From positions 640,001-704,000 of the forward strand of contig CAVUVW010000014.1 in assembly GCA_963745035.1 (NCBI GenBank): 64,000 nucleotides of DNA, given 5' to 3'. A model generated the notes under the pieces. That model saw only the letters and a program-made list of their open reading frames with translations. It did no database searches and was not told where the DNA came from. The stretch is from an uncultured delta proteobacterium (GTDB taxonomy: Bacteria; Desulfobacterota; Binatia; UBA9968). Both the position numbers and the translations under genes were made by a program. Every line of letters begins with the position of its first letter. The stretch's first letter is position 1. This document shows, piece after piece, positions 20,183 through 30,075 of the stretch.

Positions 20183-21250
20183 ATGGGTGGAAAAATATTT
20201 TCAACGATAGCTCTGGTAACGCTCGGGTTGAGCGGCTGCGCCAGCATCGGACCGGGTACAGTCGCGCGCGATCGCTTCGATTACATTTCGGCGATTTCCG
20301 ATTCGTGGAAAGCGCAGATGCTTTTCAACCTAGTCAAGCTTCGCTACGGGGATGCGCCGGTGTTTCTCGATGTCGCCTCGGTGATCACCCAGACTGGTGT
20401 CCAAAGCACAGTAGGAGTTTCAGGTTCCTGGTGGCAAAATCCCTCTTTCTCATCCGCGGCTGTCAATGCCCTGGGAACTTATGGAGAAAAGCCCACGGTA
20501 ACTTACCTCCCGATGAGCGGCGAAAAGTTCGCTCGCAGTTTAATGACACCGATCCCACCTGCGGCGATTCTAAGTTTTCTCCAAGCCGGCTATCCGGCGG
20601 ATGTCGTGCTACGACTCACCGTGCATACCATCAATGGCATCCGTAGCCGCTACGGTTACGGTGCACGAATGCGCGAAGCTGATCCGGAGTTTTTTACATT
20701 GGTCGAGAAGCTGCGTAATCTTCAGCAGTCCGGACAAATCGGACTGCGGATCAAAAGGAGCGGCAGCGAGGCGGCGACGGCCATCGTATTTAGCAAGAAG
20801 TTGTCCCCGGCGATAGCGGCGGATCGCGACGACCTACGCCAACTCCTCGGTCTTAGTCCTGAGGCCGATGAATTCGAGGTAGTTTACGGCTCGGTGGCTG
20901 CGAACGACAGGGAGATCGCGGTGCTTACCCGTTCCGTTCTCGAAATCCTTACCGATCTCTCTGCGTATACCGATGTCCCAGCCGCCGACGTCGAACAAAA
21001 GCGCACGTTTCCGTCTCCTGCGCCGGAGATCGTCAAAGGTGCTCCCGTGCCACCGCTTATCCGAATTCTCAACTCCCCAAAAAAACCCGACGACGCGTTT
21101 GTTGCTGTGCCGTACGGTCAAACCTGGTACTGGATCGACGACAAGGACTTCGCCTCCAAGAGGCTTTTTTCTTTTATCATGTTCATCTTCACGCTCACCG
21201 AACCTGGAGACAAGCAAGGCGCGCCGATCATTACGGTTCCCGTCGGATAA
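20183..21250 (+). CDS. Hypothetical lipoprotein
   Basis: Lipobox LSGC, RBS agagg, 355-aa ORF. Confidence 0.8.
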   Translation: MGGKIFSTIALVTLGLSGCASIGPGTVARDRFDYISAISDSWKAQMLFNLVKLRYGDAPVFLDVASVITQTGVQSTVGVSGSWWQNPSFSSAAVNALGTYGEKPTVTYLPMSGEKFARSLMTPIPPAAILSFLQAGYPADVVLRLTVHTINGIRSRYGYGARMREADPEFFTLVEKLRNLQQSGQIGLRIKRSGSEAATAIVFSKKLSPAIAADRDDLRQLLGLSPEADEFEVVYGSVAANDREIAVLTRSVLEILTDLSAYTDVPAADVEQKRTFPSPAPEIVKGAPVPPLIRILNSPKKPDDAFVAVPYGQTWYWIDDKDFASKRLFSFIMFIFTLTEPGDKQGAPIITVPVG

Positions 21251-21357
21251 ACGAGAGAAGCGGCGCAAAGGCTCAGCAACATTGATCTGGTCGGTGGCGT
21301 CTGGCCTCGGCTAAACGGCAGTGTTGCGGCGAGTCAATAATTGAAGGGAGGCCAGAT

Positions 21358-22433
21358 ATGAGCGAACAAGAGAGCGACGTCACCCGCGTCGTTCTGGCGG
21401 TGCTGTTCATCGTCGCTTTGATCGGCTCTTCAGTGTGGATCTTGCGGCCGTTTATCGGCGCCATTGTCTGGGCGGCGACTATCGTGGTCGCCACTTGGCC
21501 CTTAATGATTGTTCTTGGCATGCCGACTGTGGAATAAGCGGTCTTTGCGGTCGCAGTGATGACGCTTTTGCTATTGTGTGTTCTGGTGCTGCCGATAACC
21601 TTTGCCGTGGTTACCGTCGTGTCTCATGTCGATGAAATCGTCGCCTGGGCTGGATCGCTGTCGTCATTGCAAGATTCCTGCACCCCCGGACTGGGTCGCC
21701 AACCTCCCTATGATCGGTGCCAAAGCCGTTGAGTTGTGGCAAAGCACCGCTGCGGCAGGAATTCAAGGATGCCACAATGAAAGCGGCGCCTTACGCGGGC
21801 GGCGTGATCCGCTGGCTTGCCACACAACTGGGTAGCGTAGGTGTGTTGCTTGCAGAACTCTTGTTGACGATTATTCTCGCGGCCGCCATGTACGCCGGCG
21901 GCGAGTCGGCGATGGCACGGCTGCTTCGATTCGGCCGGCGCTTGGCCGGTCGCGGCGGTGAGAACGCAGTACTTCTCGCCGGACAAACCATCCGCGGAGT
22001 CGCTCTGGGTGTCGTGGTAACGGCCATTACCCAAGCGCTTTTCGGCGGTCTCGGTCTCTTCATTGCTGGTGTTCCTTTCGCGAGTCTGCTCACTGCGGCG
22101 ATGTTCCTACTGGCGATCGCGCAGATCGGCGTGGTTCCGATTCTTGGCTCGGCGGTGGTGTGGGTCTACTGGACGGGCGAGTCGGTTTGGGGAACTTTCC
22201 TCCTGATTTGGACCCTCGTTGCCGCACCATGGACAACTTTCTGCGTCCCATTCTGATCCGCAAAGGTGCGGACTTGCCATTGCTCCTGATCTTTGCCGGC
22301 GTCATCGGGGGCTCTGATCGCCTTCGGACTGATCGGCATCTTCGTGGGTCCGGTTGTGCTCGCGGTAGCCGATAAGCTGCTGATGGCGTGGATCGACGGA
22401 GAAGCCAAAGAACAGATTCCCGAGTCCTCCTAG
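21358..22433 (+). pseudogene. ydiK: AI-2E family transporter YdiK-like, multiply frameshifted
   Basis: Pieces in different frames: WILRPFIGAIVWAATIVVATWP, GVALGVVVTAITQ, MDNFLRPILIRKGADLPLLLIFAGVIGG, FGLIGIFVGPVVLA. The breaks may be assembly errors. Confidence 0.8.
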
Positions 22434-22517
22434 CCCGCTTATTTCTGCATCGTAGTGCGCATGGCACCTTTTTGGTTCTCCGCCCTGGGGTTGAGCCATC
22501 GCGGTGCTGCTTCGGCG

Positions 22518-22537
22518 TATTGGACTAAAGTCCAATA
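22518..22537 (+). promoter_or_regulatory. Palindromic operator copy 6
   Basis: TATTGGAC TAAA GTCCAATA, ~105 bp upstream of ATG 22642. Confidence 0.85.
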
Positions 22538-22641
22538 TCCGTTGGCCGGTCTGTTCTGTTATCAAAGTCGGCATTGTTCAGGAACTGGCGATTCGGGTCG
22601 GATGAAAGTGAAGTGTTTTGCGAGGAGGAGGAGAAGAAGCC

Positions 22642-23151
22642 ATGCATATAAATAAGGTCTGCCAGTTGGCTGCGGCCGGATGGCTGGTTGCTTTGACTGG
22701 GTTCATCCAGCCCGGTTGGGCTCAGAGTAAATCAGCCCCGGGCGATAAGCCGGCAAGCAATTTGGAAATCATCCACGAGAAGCTTAAGGCGGATAAAAAA
22801 TTGATCGTCGCCAAGTATATGGAATTAACCGAGTCGGAGGCGAAGAAGTTCTGGCCGGTCTTTGAGGAATATCAAAGCGATCTTCAGAAAACCAACGAGC
22901 GTCTGCGGCGTTTGCTCGAAAGCTACGCTGCGGATTACCGGAACAAATCTTTGACGGATGAGAAGGCGAAGAAGCTCCTCGACGAATGGATTGTGATCGA
23001 GCAGGAGGAGGGAAAACGCCGCAGCACGTTCGCGCCGAAGGTGCTGCAAACGTTACCGGCAAAAAAGGCTGCCCGCTACCTGCAGATTGAAAACGAGTAC
23101 CGGACTTTGTTGCGATACGATCTTGCGGAGACGGTGCCGCTGGTCCGTTAG
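22642..23151 (+). CDS. Secreted alpha-helical hypothetical protein (paralog of 23920-24408)
   Basis: Signal peptide (GWA/Q), strong RBS, ADKKLIV..MELTESEAKKFWPVFEEYQ. Confidence 0.85.
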   Translation: MHINKVCQLAAAGWLVALTGFIQPGWAQSKSAPGDKPASNLEIIHEKLKADKKLIVAKYMELTESEAKKFWPVFEEYQSDLQKTNERLRRLLESYAADYRNKSLTDEKAKKLLDEWIVIEQEEGKRRSTFAPKVLQTLPAKKAARYLQIENEYRTLLRYDLAETVPLVR

Positions 23152-23227
23152 AAACGAAATAAAATTGACTCGAAATCGTTGCAACCGGTGATTCCACTGC
23201 CGATCCGCAGTTTCAAGGGAGAAAAAG

Positions 23228-23821
23228 ATGAGATTCGCTTATTGTAAAGCAAAGAGAATGCGCGCTGTGGCGGCTCTCCGGTGCGGTATCTTAATAGCGG
23301 CCGTCGCTCTGGGCATCAGTATTACGAGTCCGGTTCTGTCCTGGGCCGGGAGCGCTGCACAGATCGACCGCGACGCCACGCAGTCGTTAAACGCGCTGTA
23401 CAAAAACAATCCCGGTGCTAAAGCGCTGGCTGACAAGTCCGTGGCTGTGTTGGTCTTTCCCAGCATCGTCAAAGGGGGGTTTATCATTGCCGGCCAATTC
23501 GGTGACGGAGCATTGCGTAAAAACGGCAAGACCGTGGGATATTATCGATCGCTGGCTGGTTCGTATGGATTTCAGGCCGGAGCGCAAGCATTCGGCTATG
23601 TTCTATTCTTCATGGATGACGCCTCGGTTGCGTATCTCGATAAGAGCGATGGTTGGGAGCTCGGCACCGGACCCAGTCTGGTCGTGCTGGATGAGGGCTT
23701 TGGCAGAAACTTTACGACAACTACGCTGCAGAAGGGGGTTTACGCGTTCATCTTCGATCAGAAGGGATTGATGGGCGGTATTGGCATTCAAGGATCGAAG
23801 ATTACCAAAATCAATCCGTAG
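23228..23821 (+). CDS. Lipid-binding SYLF/YSC84-related protein
   Basis: LVFPSIVKGGFIIAGQFGDG, GSYGFQAGAQ, KGLMGGIGIQGSKI. Confidence 0.85.
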   Translation: MRFAYCKAKRMRAVAALRCGILIAAVALGISITSPVLSWAGSAAQIDRDATQSLNALYKNNPGAKALADKSVAVLVFPSIVKGGFIIAGQFGDGALRKNGKTVGYYRSLAGSYGFQAGAQAFGYVLFFMDDASVAYLDKSDGWELGTGPSLVVLDEGFGRNFTTTTLQKGVYAFIFDQKGLMGGIGIQGSKITKINP

Positions 23822-23919
23822 TGGAATCAACGGTGAGTGTGAATGTCAGTCGCGAGTGCTCGACTCCAGAGATAGGGTTGGTGTTAGTGTAACACCTGCA
23901 CTGAAACAAAAAGGAGAAA

Positions 23920-24408
23920 TTGATGAGTAGAGTTTATGCCACAGGAATCGGCGCTGCGTTGGCCATAATGTTTTGCTTTGCACCACTCGGCACGGCGCAG
24001 GACAAGCCCGCCGACAATATGCAAATACTGCGCGATAAAATCAGGGCCGACAAAAAGTTGGTCGTGGCGACAAATATGGAACTGACCGAGTCGGAGGCGA
24101 AAAACTTTTGGCCGATCTATGAGCAGTACCAAAAAGATCTGCAAAAGATCAATCAACGGTTGGTCAATGTGCTGGAGAGCTACGCCGACGATTTTAAGAA
24201 GAAATCGCTTACCGACGATAAGGCGAAAAAATTGATCGATGAAGCGTTGGCCATTGACCAGCGAGAGGCCGCCCTGAAGGGCACCTATGCTCCGAAACTC
24301 AGCAAGGCGCTGCCGACGATTAAAGTCGTCCGTTACCTGCAGATCGAGAATAAGATCAGGGCGGTCGTCCGATATGAAATCGCCTCGGGTGTACCGCTGG
24401 TGCGATAG
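23920..24408 (+). CDS. Secreted alpha-helical hypothetical protein (paralog of 22642-23151)
   Basis: Signal peptide. ADKKLVV..MELTESEAKNFWPIYEQYQ..RYLQIENK..VPLVR. Confidence 0.85.
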   Translation: MMSRVYATGIGAALAIMFCFAPLGTAQDKPADNMQILRDKIRADKKLVVATNMELTESEAKNFWPIYEQYQKDLQKINQRLVNVLESYADDFKKKSLTDDKAKKLIDEALAIDQREAALKGTYAPKLSKALPTIKVVRYLQIENKIRAVVRYEIASGVPLVR

Positions 24409-24615
24409 AGAGTGGCTGAGCGTCGCGGAGCGAGCGTCGGCTGATGAAGTGCAGAGAGAACCAAAGGGTTACTTACAAAATTTTTGTCGGAACCCTCACC
24501 CGACACCGACACGCGAAAACTGAAACCTCATCCCCCGTGCCTGATAGACACACGATGGACACGAACTGCGTGTGTCGGATCGCTGCACGGGCGTTCAGTT
24601 AGATAGGATACTGTT

Positions 24616-25479
24616 GTGAATTCAAAAAAGATCGCTTCTGGTTTACTGTTCGCGGTTCTGTCGCTTACTCAGTCGGTGATGGCCCAGGAACTGGACGGGA
24701 CGCTCAAGAAGATTAAGACCTCGGGCGAGTTGACGCTGGGTTATCTTACTTCGGCGCCGCCATTTTCATTTCCGGGGCCGGACAAACGGCCTGTCGGTTA
24801 CTCTATCGATCTCTGCACCCATATCGCCAGCAGCATTCAGAAACAGCTTAGCGTCAATCTCAAACTGAACTGGGTTCCAGTAACGACGGACAACCGGCTC
24901 GAGATGGTCGCATCCGGTAAAGTCGATATCGAATGCGGCACCAGCACGCAGACTCTTTTGCGCCAAGAGCGGGTCGATTTCAGCCTGATGACTTTCGTCG
25001 ACGGCGGCGGGTTGTTGACCAAAAAAGATCTTAGTCTACGCGCCGTCGCCGATCTCACGGATAAACGTATCGCTGTCATCCCGGGGACAACCACCGAAAC
25101 TGCATTGAGCAAATTTCTCAAAGAAGAATTTGTCAGCGTGCAAGAAGTCAAAGTCAAAAACCACGTTGAGGGACTTGCGGCGATCGAGAAGGGAGCAGCG
25201 GATGCTTTTGCTTCCGACCGCGGTATCCTCATCGGCCTCGTGGTAACGTCCAAAGACCCCAGTCTGTTCGCCCTGCCGCCTATTCTGTTCTCTTACGAGC
25301 CGTATGGTTTCATGGTGCGGCGCAATGACGCGGCTTTTCGGCTTGCCATCAATCGGGCGCTGGCCGGGCTGTACCGTTCCGGCGGTATCGTGACCGTGTA
25401 CGATCGCTGGTTCGGCGCCTTCGGCAAACCGAGTCAAGCTATCCAAGCCATGTACCTCCTCCATGGCTTGCCCGAATAG
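24616..25479 (+). CDS. Amino-acid ABC transporter substrate-binding protein (GltI-like)
   Basis: GTLKKIK, PPFSF, GYSIDLC, DIECGTS, RVDFS, GTTTE, SYEPYGFM. Confidence 0.88.
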   Translation: MNSKKIASGLLFAVLSLTQSVMAQELDGTLKKIKTSGELTLGYLTSAPPFSFPGPDKRPVGYSIDLCTHIASSIQKQLSVNLKLNWVPVTTDNRLEMVASGKVDIECGTSTQTLLRQERVDFSLMTFVDGGGLLTKKDLSLRAVADLTDKRIAVIPGTTTETALSKFLKEEFVSVQEVKVKNHVEGLAAIEKGAADAFASDRGILIGLVVTSKDPSLFALPPILFSYEPYGFMVRRNDAAFRLAINRALAGLYRSGGIVTVYDRWFGAFGKPSQAIQAMYLLHGLPE

Positions 25480-25531
25480 CTGAACCTGTTCGACCGAAAT
25501 CGCGCGGTCGCATGCTTTCGGACGGAAAACA

Positions 25532-25852
25532 ATGTCGCGATCGCCTCAAGAAACTGGTTCATCTGACGGCAATCGACGTTCGATCGCTCTGATTGCATCT
25601 CTGTCGGCGTTCGCGAGTTTCTGGGTGCTCGCAGGGCTTGCTGCTGCACACTCGGGATGGGTCGACGGCTACGGCTGTCATCGCGCCCCGGACAAGGTGA
25701 GCTATCACTGCCATGAAGGTGAGTTCGTGGGTCGAACCTTCAAATCGAAGGAGGATTTCCTGCGCCGCCTGCGTCAAGGTAAGTCCGAGCAACTCACTCC
25801 GCGGGGCAACCCCGCGCAGCCAGCTCCGCCGCAAAAAAGGATCGAGGACTAG
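25532..25852 (+). CDS. Small YHYH-like His/Cys secreted protein
   Basis: Signal-like segment followed by AHSGWVDGYGCH...YHCH. Confidence 0.65.
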   Translation: MSRSPQETGSSDGNRRSIALIASLSAFASFWVLAGLAAAHSGWVDGYGCHRAPDKVSYHCHEGEFVGRTFKSKEDFLRRLRQGKSEQLTPRGNPAQPAPPQKRIED

Positions 25853-25870
25853 GCCCGCGCGGGTAAACGG

Positions 25871-28800
25871 ATGAAATTGCTGCGCCGGTCGATCATCCTT
25901 TCTATCACCATCGGGTTTCTGTTTGCGGTCGGAGCGATTCTCGTTCCGCGCATCATCGACAGCCAGCTGATTCGCGATGCGATCAGGGCCGAATTATCCA
26001 AGCACTTCGACAACCACCTGGTGATCGGCCGAATCGCGGTGGCATGGTTCCCCCATCCGAGAGCGGTAGTCGAGGCTGCGGAACTCTCCTTCGGCGCAAA
26101 CCAGCAAGCCTCGATCCGTTCCCTCGAACTCTATCCGTCGTTTCTTGCTCTCCTCTCGGGTCGGCTGACGCCGGCGCGGGTGGTCTTGATCGAGCCTAAG
26201 CTCAAAATTCACTTACGGGTTGAGCCGGATCAATCGTTCGATCTCGACAGCATCGAGAAGAACATCGCTGCCGCACTCGCAGGACTCACCCGAGACCTCC
26301 GAACATCTCATATCGCCGTCATCGGCGGTTCGGCGGAGCTTGCCATCGACGCGAGACCTCCGGTCATTTTCGAAGATGTCTCGGCTCGAGCTGCTGCTTC
26401 ACCGGAAACATTAGAGTTCGAAATGAGCGCTCGCTCCAGCCTCTGGCAAGCCTTGGCCGTGAAGGGAAAGGTTTCGGCGGAAAGGCTGGCATTCCAACTC
26501 GACATCGCCGTCCAAAGACTGAAGATCAATGAGTCCCTGGCATTTTTCCCTTCCTCCGACTTCGGGTCCACGCCTGGCGGAAACGCGAGCTTTGAATTGG
26601 AGGTTTCCGGCGTGGGATTGCGCCGCGTGAAAGCTGCGCTTGGAAGTATCCCCGAGCCGTTGGTCATCGCGCGGCGCGGCCGTGGCGGTTTCTTTGAAAT
26701 CCAGCAATTAAAAGGCGCGATATCCTACGAAGAAGGCGGGTATGAACTCGACGTAGAGCAACTCGATCTCGCTTCACCGCGGCTCAGCGCATCAGGGAAG
26801 ATCCAATCTAAAGGTGACCGGATATCCGCAAGTATCAAAGCCCATGATCTGGATATCGCCGAGGTTCACCATCTCATACTTGGAATCGCCGATGGGAACG
26901 CGAATGTGGAGAATAGTCTCCGCTATGTTTCCAAGGGAACGATTGCTGATCTCTACATCCAAAGCGCTGGACGTTCGCTCGCCGAGTTAGCTTCCATCAA
27001 GAATATGGTTCTCTCTGGCAAGCTGCGAAATTGCAGTGTGGTGGTCCCTGGCTATGATCTGGAGCTGGAAAACGTCACTGCGAGCGTGCGCGTGGCCGAA
27101 AATCAGTTAAAGGCGGACAGCATAAGCGTAAGTCTCGGCGCCGTCCGCGGCCGCTCCGGCGCGCTCCGGCTCGGTCTGGAAGGGCGGCGAGCGCCCTTTC
27201 ATTTCGATGTCGAGGTTCAAGCCGGTGCACCCGAGCTGCTCGGCGTTTTGCACAAAGCCGCGCGCAGTGATGCCTTTCGAGCCGAGGTACGGAAGCTGCG
27301 TAACGTCGATGGCGTGCTCTCCGGCAGGTTGATCCTCGGCGAGACTCTCGATGCAATTTCCGTTGAGCTCTTGATCTCGGATGCCGACGTCCGTGCCGAA
27401 TACGAGCAGGTTCTGTTTCCCATCGCGATTCGAGATGGCCGGTTGAATTACGGGGGGAACGTTCTTCGCATCGAAGATCTCAGGGGCTCGGTGGGAAATT
27501 CCCGCTTCGATCTCGTTGGCATCACGTTCCATCATGACGGAAATCGCCGTCTCGATATCCAATCCAAGCGGACCTCATTGGATTTGCAGGAAGCGGAGGC
27601 TTTCGTTCGAATTGTTCCAGCTTTGCGGCGACAGTTCCAAAAGCTCAAGTCGGTGCGGGGGAGGGCCGAGTTGGCGGCTTTCACACTGACAGGGCCCTAT
27701 GATGATCCTTCGCAGTGGAGCTTTGCGAGCACGGGCAGTTTGGACCGAGTCGAGCTCCAGCACGACGATCTTCCTGCGCCCCTGACTGTGATCAGCGCGG
27801 GGTTCGACGCAAACCGGCAGCGGGTTCTGTTCTCCAATACGGACGCCACGATGTCGGACGCGAAATTATCTGCCGGCGGAAAAGTCGAATACCCGGCAGA
27901 ACAGCCGGTTCATGCCGAGATCAGCGGGCACGCAACCATTGGCGAACACGTGACCGAACAGCTCAGCCGCTCTGTCCAACTGCCGCAACAGCTACGGTTA
28001 CGCGCGCCGCTGGAGGTCGTTGCCGAGCGTCTCACATGGACCGCGGGCGGTGACACTTCATTCCTCGGCCAGGCTGCGTTGCCGGGCGGAGCGCTCCTGA
28101 AGGTCGATGCCGTGAAGCGGTCGCGGGAGCTCGTTTTGAACGATGTCACACTGGATGATCTCGAAAGACGCGCTCGGGTGACCCTTCACCTTGCCGATGA
28201 TCACTTTCTTTTCTCTTTCAACGGCGAGTTGACACAGGACACTATCGACAGCGTATTTGCCTCTCCGCCGATGCAAGCGGGTTTACTGCGCGGAGACTTC
28301 CAGGTCAGCGCTGTATGGGAAGATCCGATGACGATGTCCGCAACCGGCCAAGTGAGCGGCAGTAATCTATTCGTCCCGTTCGGAGACGAAAAAGCTCTGG
28401 TCGAAGAATTCAGCGTGGCGGCAAGTGGAGACCGCCTGCAGGTCCGATCGGCAGATTTGCTCTGGCGTGACAGTCGATTGCGGATGTCCGGCCAAGTGGG
28501 CATCGGCAAGGAGGTATTGCGCTTAGATTTAGATGCTACGGCGGACCGGCTCCGCCTGGAAGAGTTAAATCGGCTGTTCGACGACGCGAGGGACAAAAGC
28601 GTCCGCAGCGTTGCGCTGCCTCGTGTGGAAGGTAGAATCGGACTCAAGCTAGACAGTCTCGTGGCAGAAAGTTTCACCGTCGATGCCCTACAAATCGACA
28701 CTGCCTTCGCGCGGTCCTCCGTTAGAGCCGAAATCAAACGGGGCGTAGTCTGCGGCATCAACACCACCGGCCGTTTGGACCTCGGCGAGGGCGACATCGA

Positions 28801-29467
28801 TTTCGATCTCCGATTTATGGTCAAAGAGGGTGATCTTGAACCGACCACTGTCTGCCTGACCACTCAGCAAAGCGATGTAAAGGGTACTTATTCTTTAAGC
28901 GCACGGCTTTCCGGAAAGGGCAGCCGGCAGAACTTGCGATCGGCCCTCAAGGGCAATTTCCAACTGACGGCCCGAAAGGGCGAGTTCATCCGGTCCGCCG
29001 GTCTCGATGCGACGTTTGACTATTTGAATGACTCGGGCGACTTTGCGGTGGCGTTCCCGGATCTCAACAAGGAAGCCTTTGCTTATGAACTGCTCGCCGC
29101 AAAGGGAAGCATCGACGGCCAACGCTTGCAAACTGACGAAATTCTCATCCACGCCGCTCCGCTTATGATTGCCGGCCAGGGGACCTTTGATCTGCAGGAG
29201 AAACAGATGGATGCGAAGGGTCTGGTGTCGGTTGTATCGCCCGCCCGCCTGCTTATCAGACGCATTCCGGTGATCGGCGCGATCCTAGGCGGCTCACTCG
29301 TGGGCATCCCGATCCGGGTCAAAGGATCCTTTGATCGACCCGATATCAGTTATCTCTCGCCGGCAGACGTGGGCGCCGAGCTGGTGAATATTCCCTTGAG
29401 ACTTCTCGGAATGCCAATCGATGCGATCAAGGTATTCATCCCGAGCGGCACAAACGGCGACCCATAG
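25871..29467 (+). CDS. AsmA-like family protein (N-terminal TM, C-terminal AsmA_2-like region)
   Basis: 1198 aa, single N-terminal TM, beta-repeat body, C-terminal RRIPVIGAILGG..IPIRVKGSFDRP. Confidence 0.8.
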   Translation: MKLLRRSIILSITIGFLFAVGAILVPRIIDSQLIRDAIRAELSKHFDNHLVIGRIAVAWFPHPRAVVEAAELSFGANQQASIRSLELYPSFLALLSGRLTPARVVLIEPKLKIHLRVEPDQSFDLDSIEKNIAAALAGLTRDLRTSHIAVIGGSAELAIDARPPVIFEDVSARAAASPETLEFEMSARSSLWQALAVKGKVSAERLAFQLDIAVQRLKINESLAFFPSSDFGSTPGGNASFELEVSGVGLRRVKAALGSIPEPLVIARRGRGGFFEIQQLKGAISYEEGGYELDVEQLDLASPRLSASGKIQSKGDRISASIKAHDLDIAEVHHLILGIADGNANVENSLRYVSKGTIADLYIQSAGRSLAELASIKNMVLSGKLRNCSVVVPGYDLELENVTASVRVAENQLKADSISVSLGAVRGRSGALRLGLEGRRAPFHFDVEVQAGAPELLGVLHKAARSDAFRAEVRKLRNVDGVLSGRLILGETLDAISVELLISDADVRAEYEQVLFPIAIRDGRLNYGGNVLRIEDLRGSVGNSRFDLVGITFHHDGNRRLDIQSKRTSLDLQEAEAFVRIVPALRRQFQKLKSVRGRAELAAFTLTGPYDDPSQWSFASTGSLDRVELQHDDLPAPLTVISAGFDANRQRVLFSNTDATMSDAKLSAGGKVEYPAEQPVHAEISGHATIGEHVTEQLSRSVQLPQQLRLRAPLEVVAERLTWTAGGDTSFLGQAALPGGALLKVDAVKRSRELVLNDVTLDDLERRARVTLHLADDHFLFSFNGELTQDTIDSVFASPPMQAGLLRGDFQVSAVWEDPMTMSATGQVSGSNLFVPFGDEKALVEEFSVAASGDRLQVRSADLLWRDSRLRMSGQVGIGKEVLRLDLDATADRLRLEELNRLFDDARDKSVRSVALPRVEGRIGLKLDSLVAESFTVDALQIDTAFARSSVRAEIKRGVVCGINTTGRLDLGEGDIDFDLRFMVKEGDLEPTTVCLTTQQSDVKGTYSLSARLSGKGSRQNLRSALKGNFQLTARKGEFIRSAGLDATFDYLNDSGDFAVAFPDLNKEAFAYELLAAKGSIDGQRLQTDEILIHAAPLMIAGQGTFDLQEKQMDAKGLVSVVSPARLLIRRIPVIGAILGGSLVGIPIRVKGSFDRPDISYLSPADVGAELVNIPLRLLGMPIDAIKVFIPSGTNGDP

Positions 29468-29586
29468 ATTCTTCGACGGTCACGTTCCTAGGTGCAACAT
29501 CGAAAGTTAACGCACCGGAGCCACGCAAAGGCTATGTTGCACATTTTCAAAATAAGTGCCGAGCAGATTAGCGGAGGGAGGCGCTC

Positions 29587-29988
29587 ATGGACCGACACTT
29601 TACTCTAAAAATCATGGCGGTGTTGGCGGTCGCCCAAGGAATCGCCGGGATCCTGCGGGCATTTAATTGGATGCAAATCGGCGTCAATCTTTTTGGCCAA
29701 GGAATTTTGCTCCTGCCGCTCGTCGGTGCGGTGGCAGTCTTGCGCGGCCTTTTTATCTCTACCGTGGCGCTGTTTTACCTATTGTTTGCGGTCGGCGCGC
29801 TGCTCGGAAAACGCTGGTCTCGATGGCTCGGCTTAACTGCGGCAATCATCAACCTGCTGCTTGTCGCGAGCGTGCTCGTGCAGGGGGCAAATCTTGGAGA
29901 AGCGCTCGCTTGGTCGGTCATACCGGCGGTTCTCGTGATCTACCTGTTTTCAAAAGCCGGGGGGAAAGCCATCGACGCCGCATCATAG
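29587..29988 (+). CDS. Small 4-TM membrane protein
   Basis: Hydrophobic 133-aa ORF with GGAGG RBS. Confidence 0.75.
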   Translation: MDRHFTLKIMAVLAVAQGIAGILRAFNWMQIGVNLFGQGILLLPLVGAVAVLRGLFISTVALFYLLFAVGALLGKRWSRWLGLTAAIINLLLVASVLVQGANLGEALAWSVIPAVLVIYLFSKAGGKAIDAAS

Positions 29989-30000
29989 GGTGCCGGCTCG

Positions 30001-30020
30001 TGTTAGACCAACGTCCAATA
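30001..30020 (+). promoter_or_regulatory. Palindromic operator copy 7 (degenerate)
   Basis: TGTTAGAC CAAC GTCCAATA, 56 bp upstream of 30076. Confidence 0.65.
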
Positions 30021-30075
30021 GCCGATCCTTGGATCCTGCGATAGTTTCACAGCGAGCCTGATAGACAGAACCGGA

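Noticed and set aside
6023-30020. The palindrome as CRISPR repeats or transposon ends
   Set aside because: Copies are kilobases apart without regular spacers, and no cas or transposase genes or target duplications are present.
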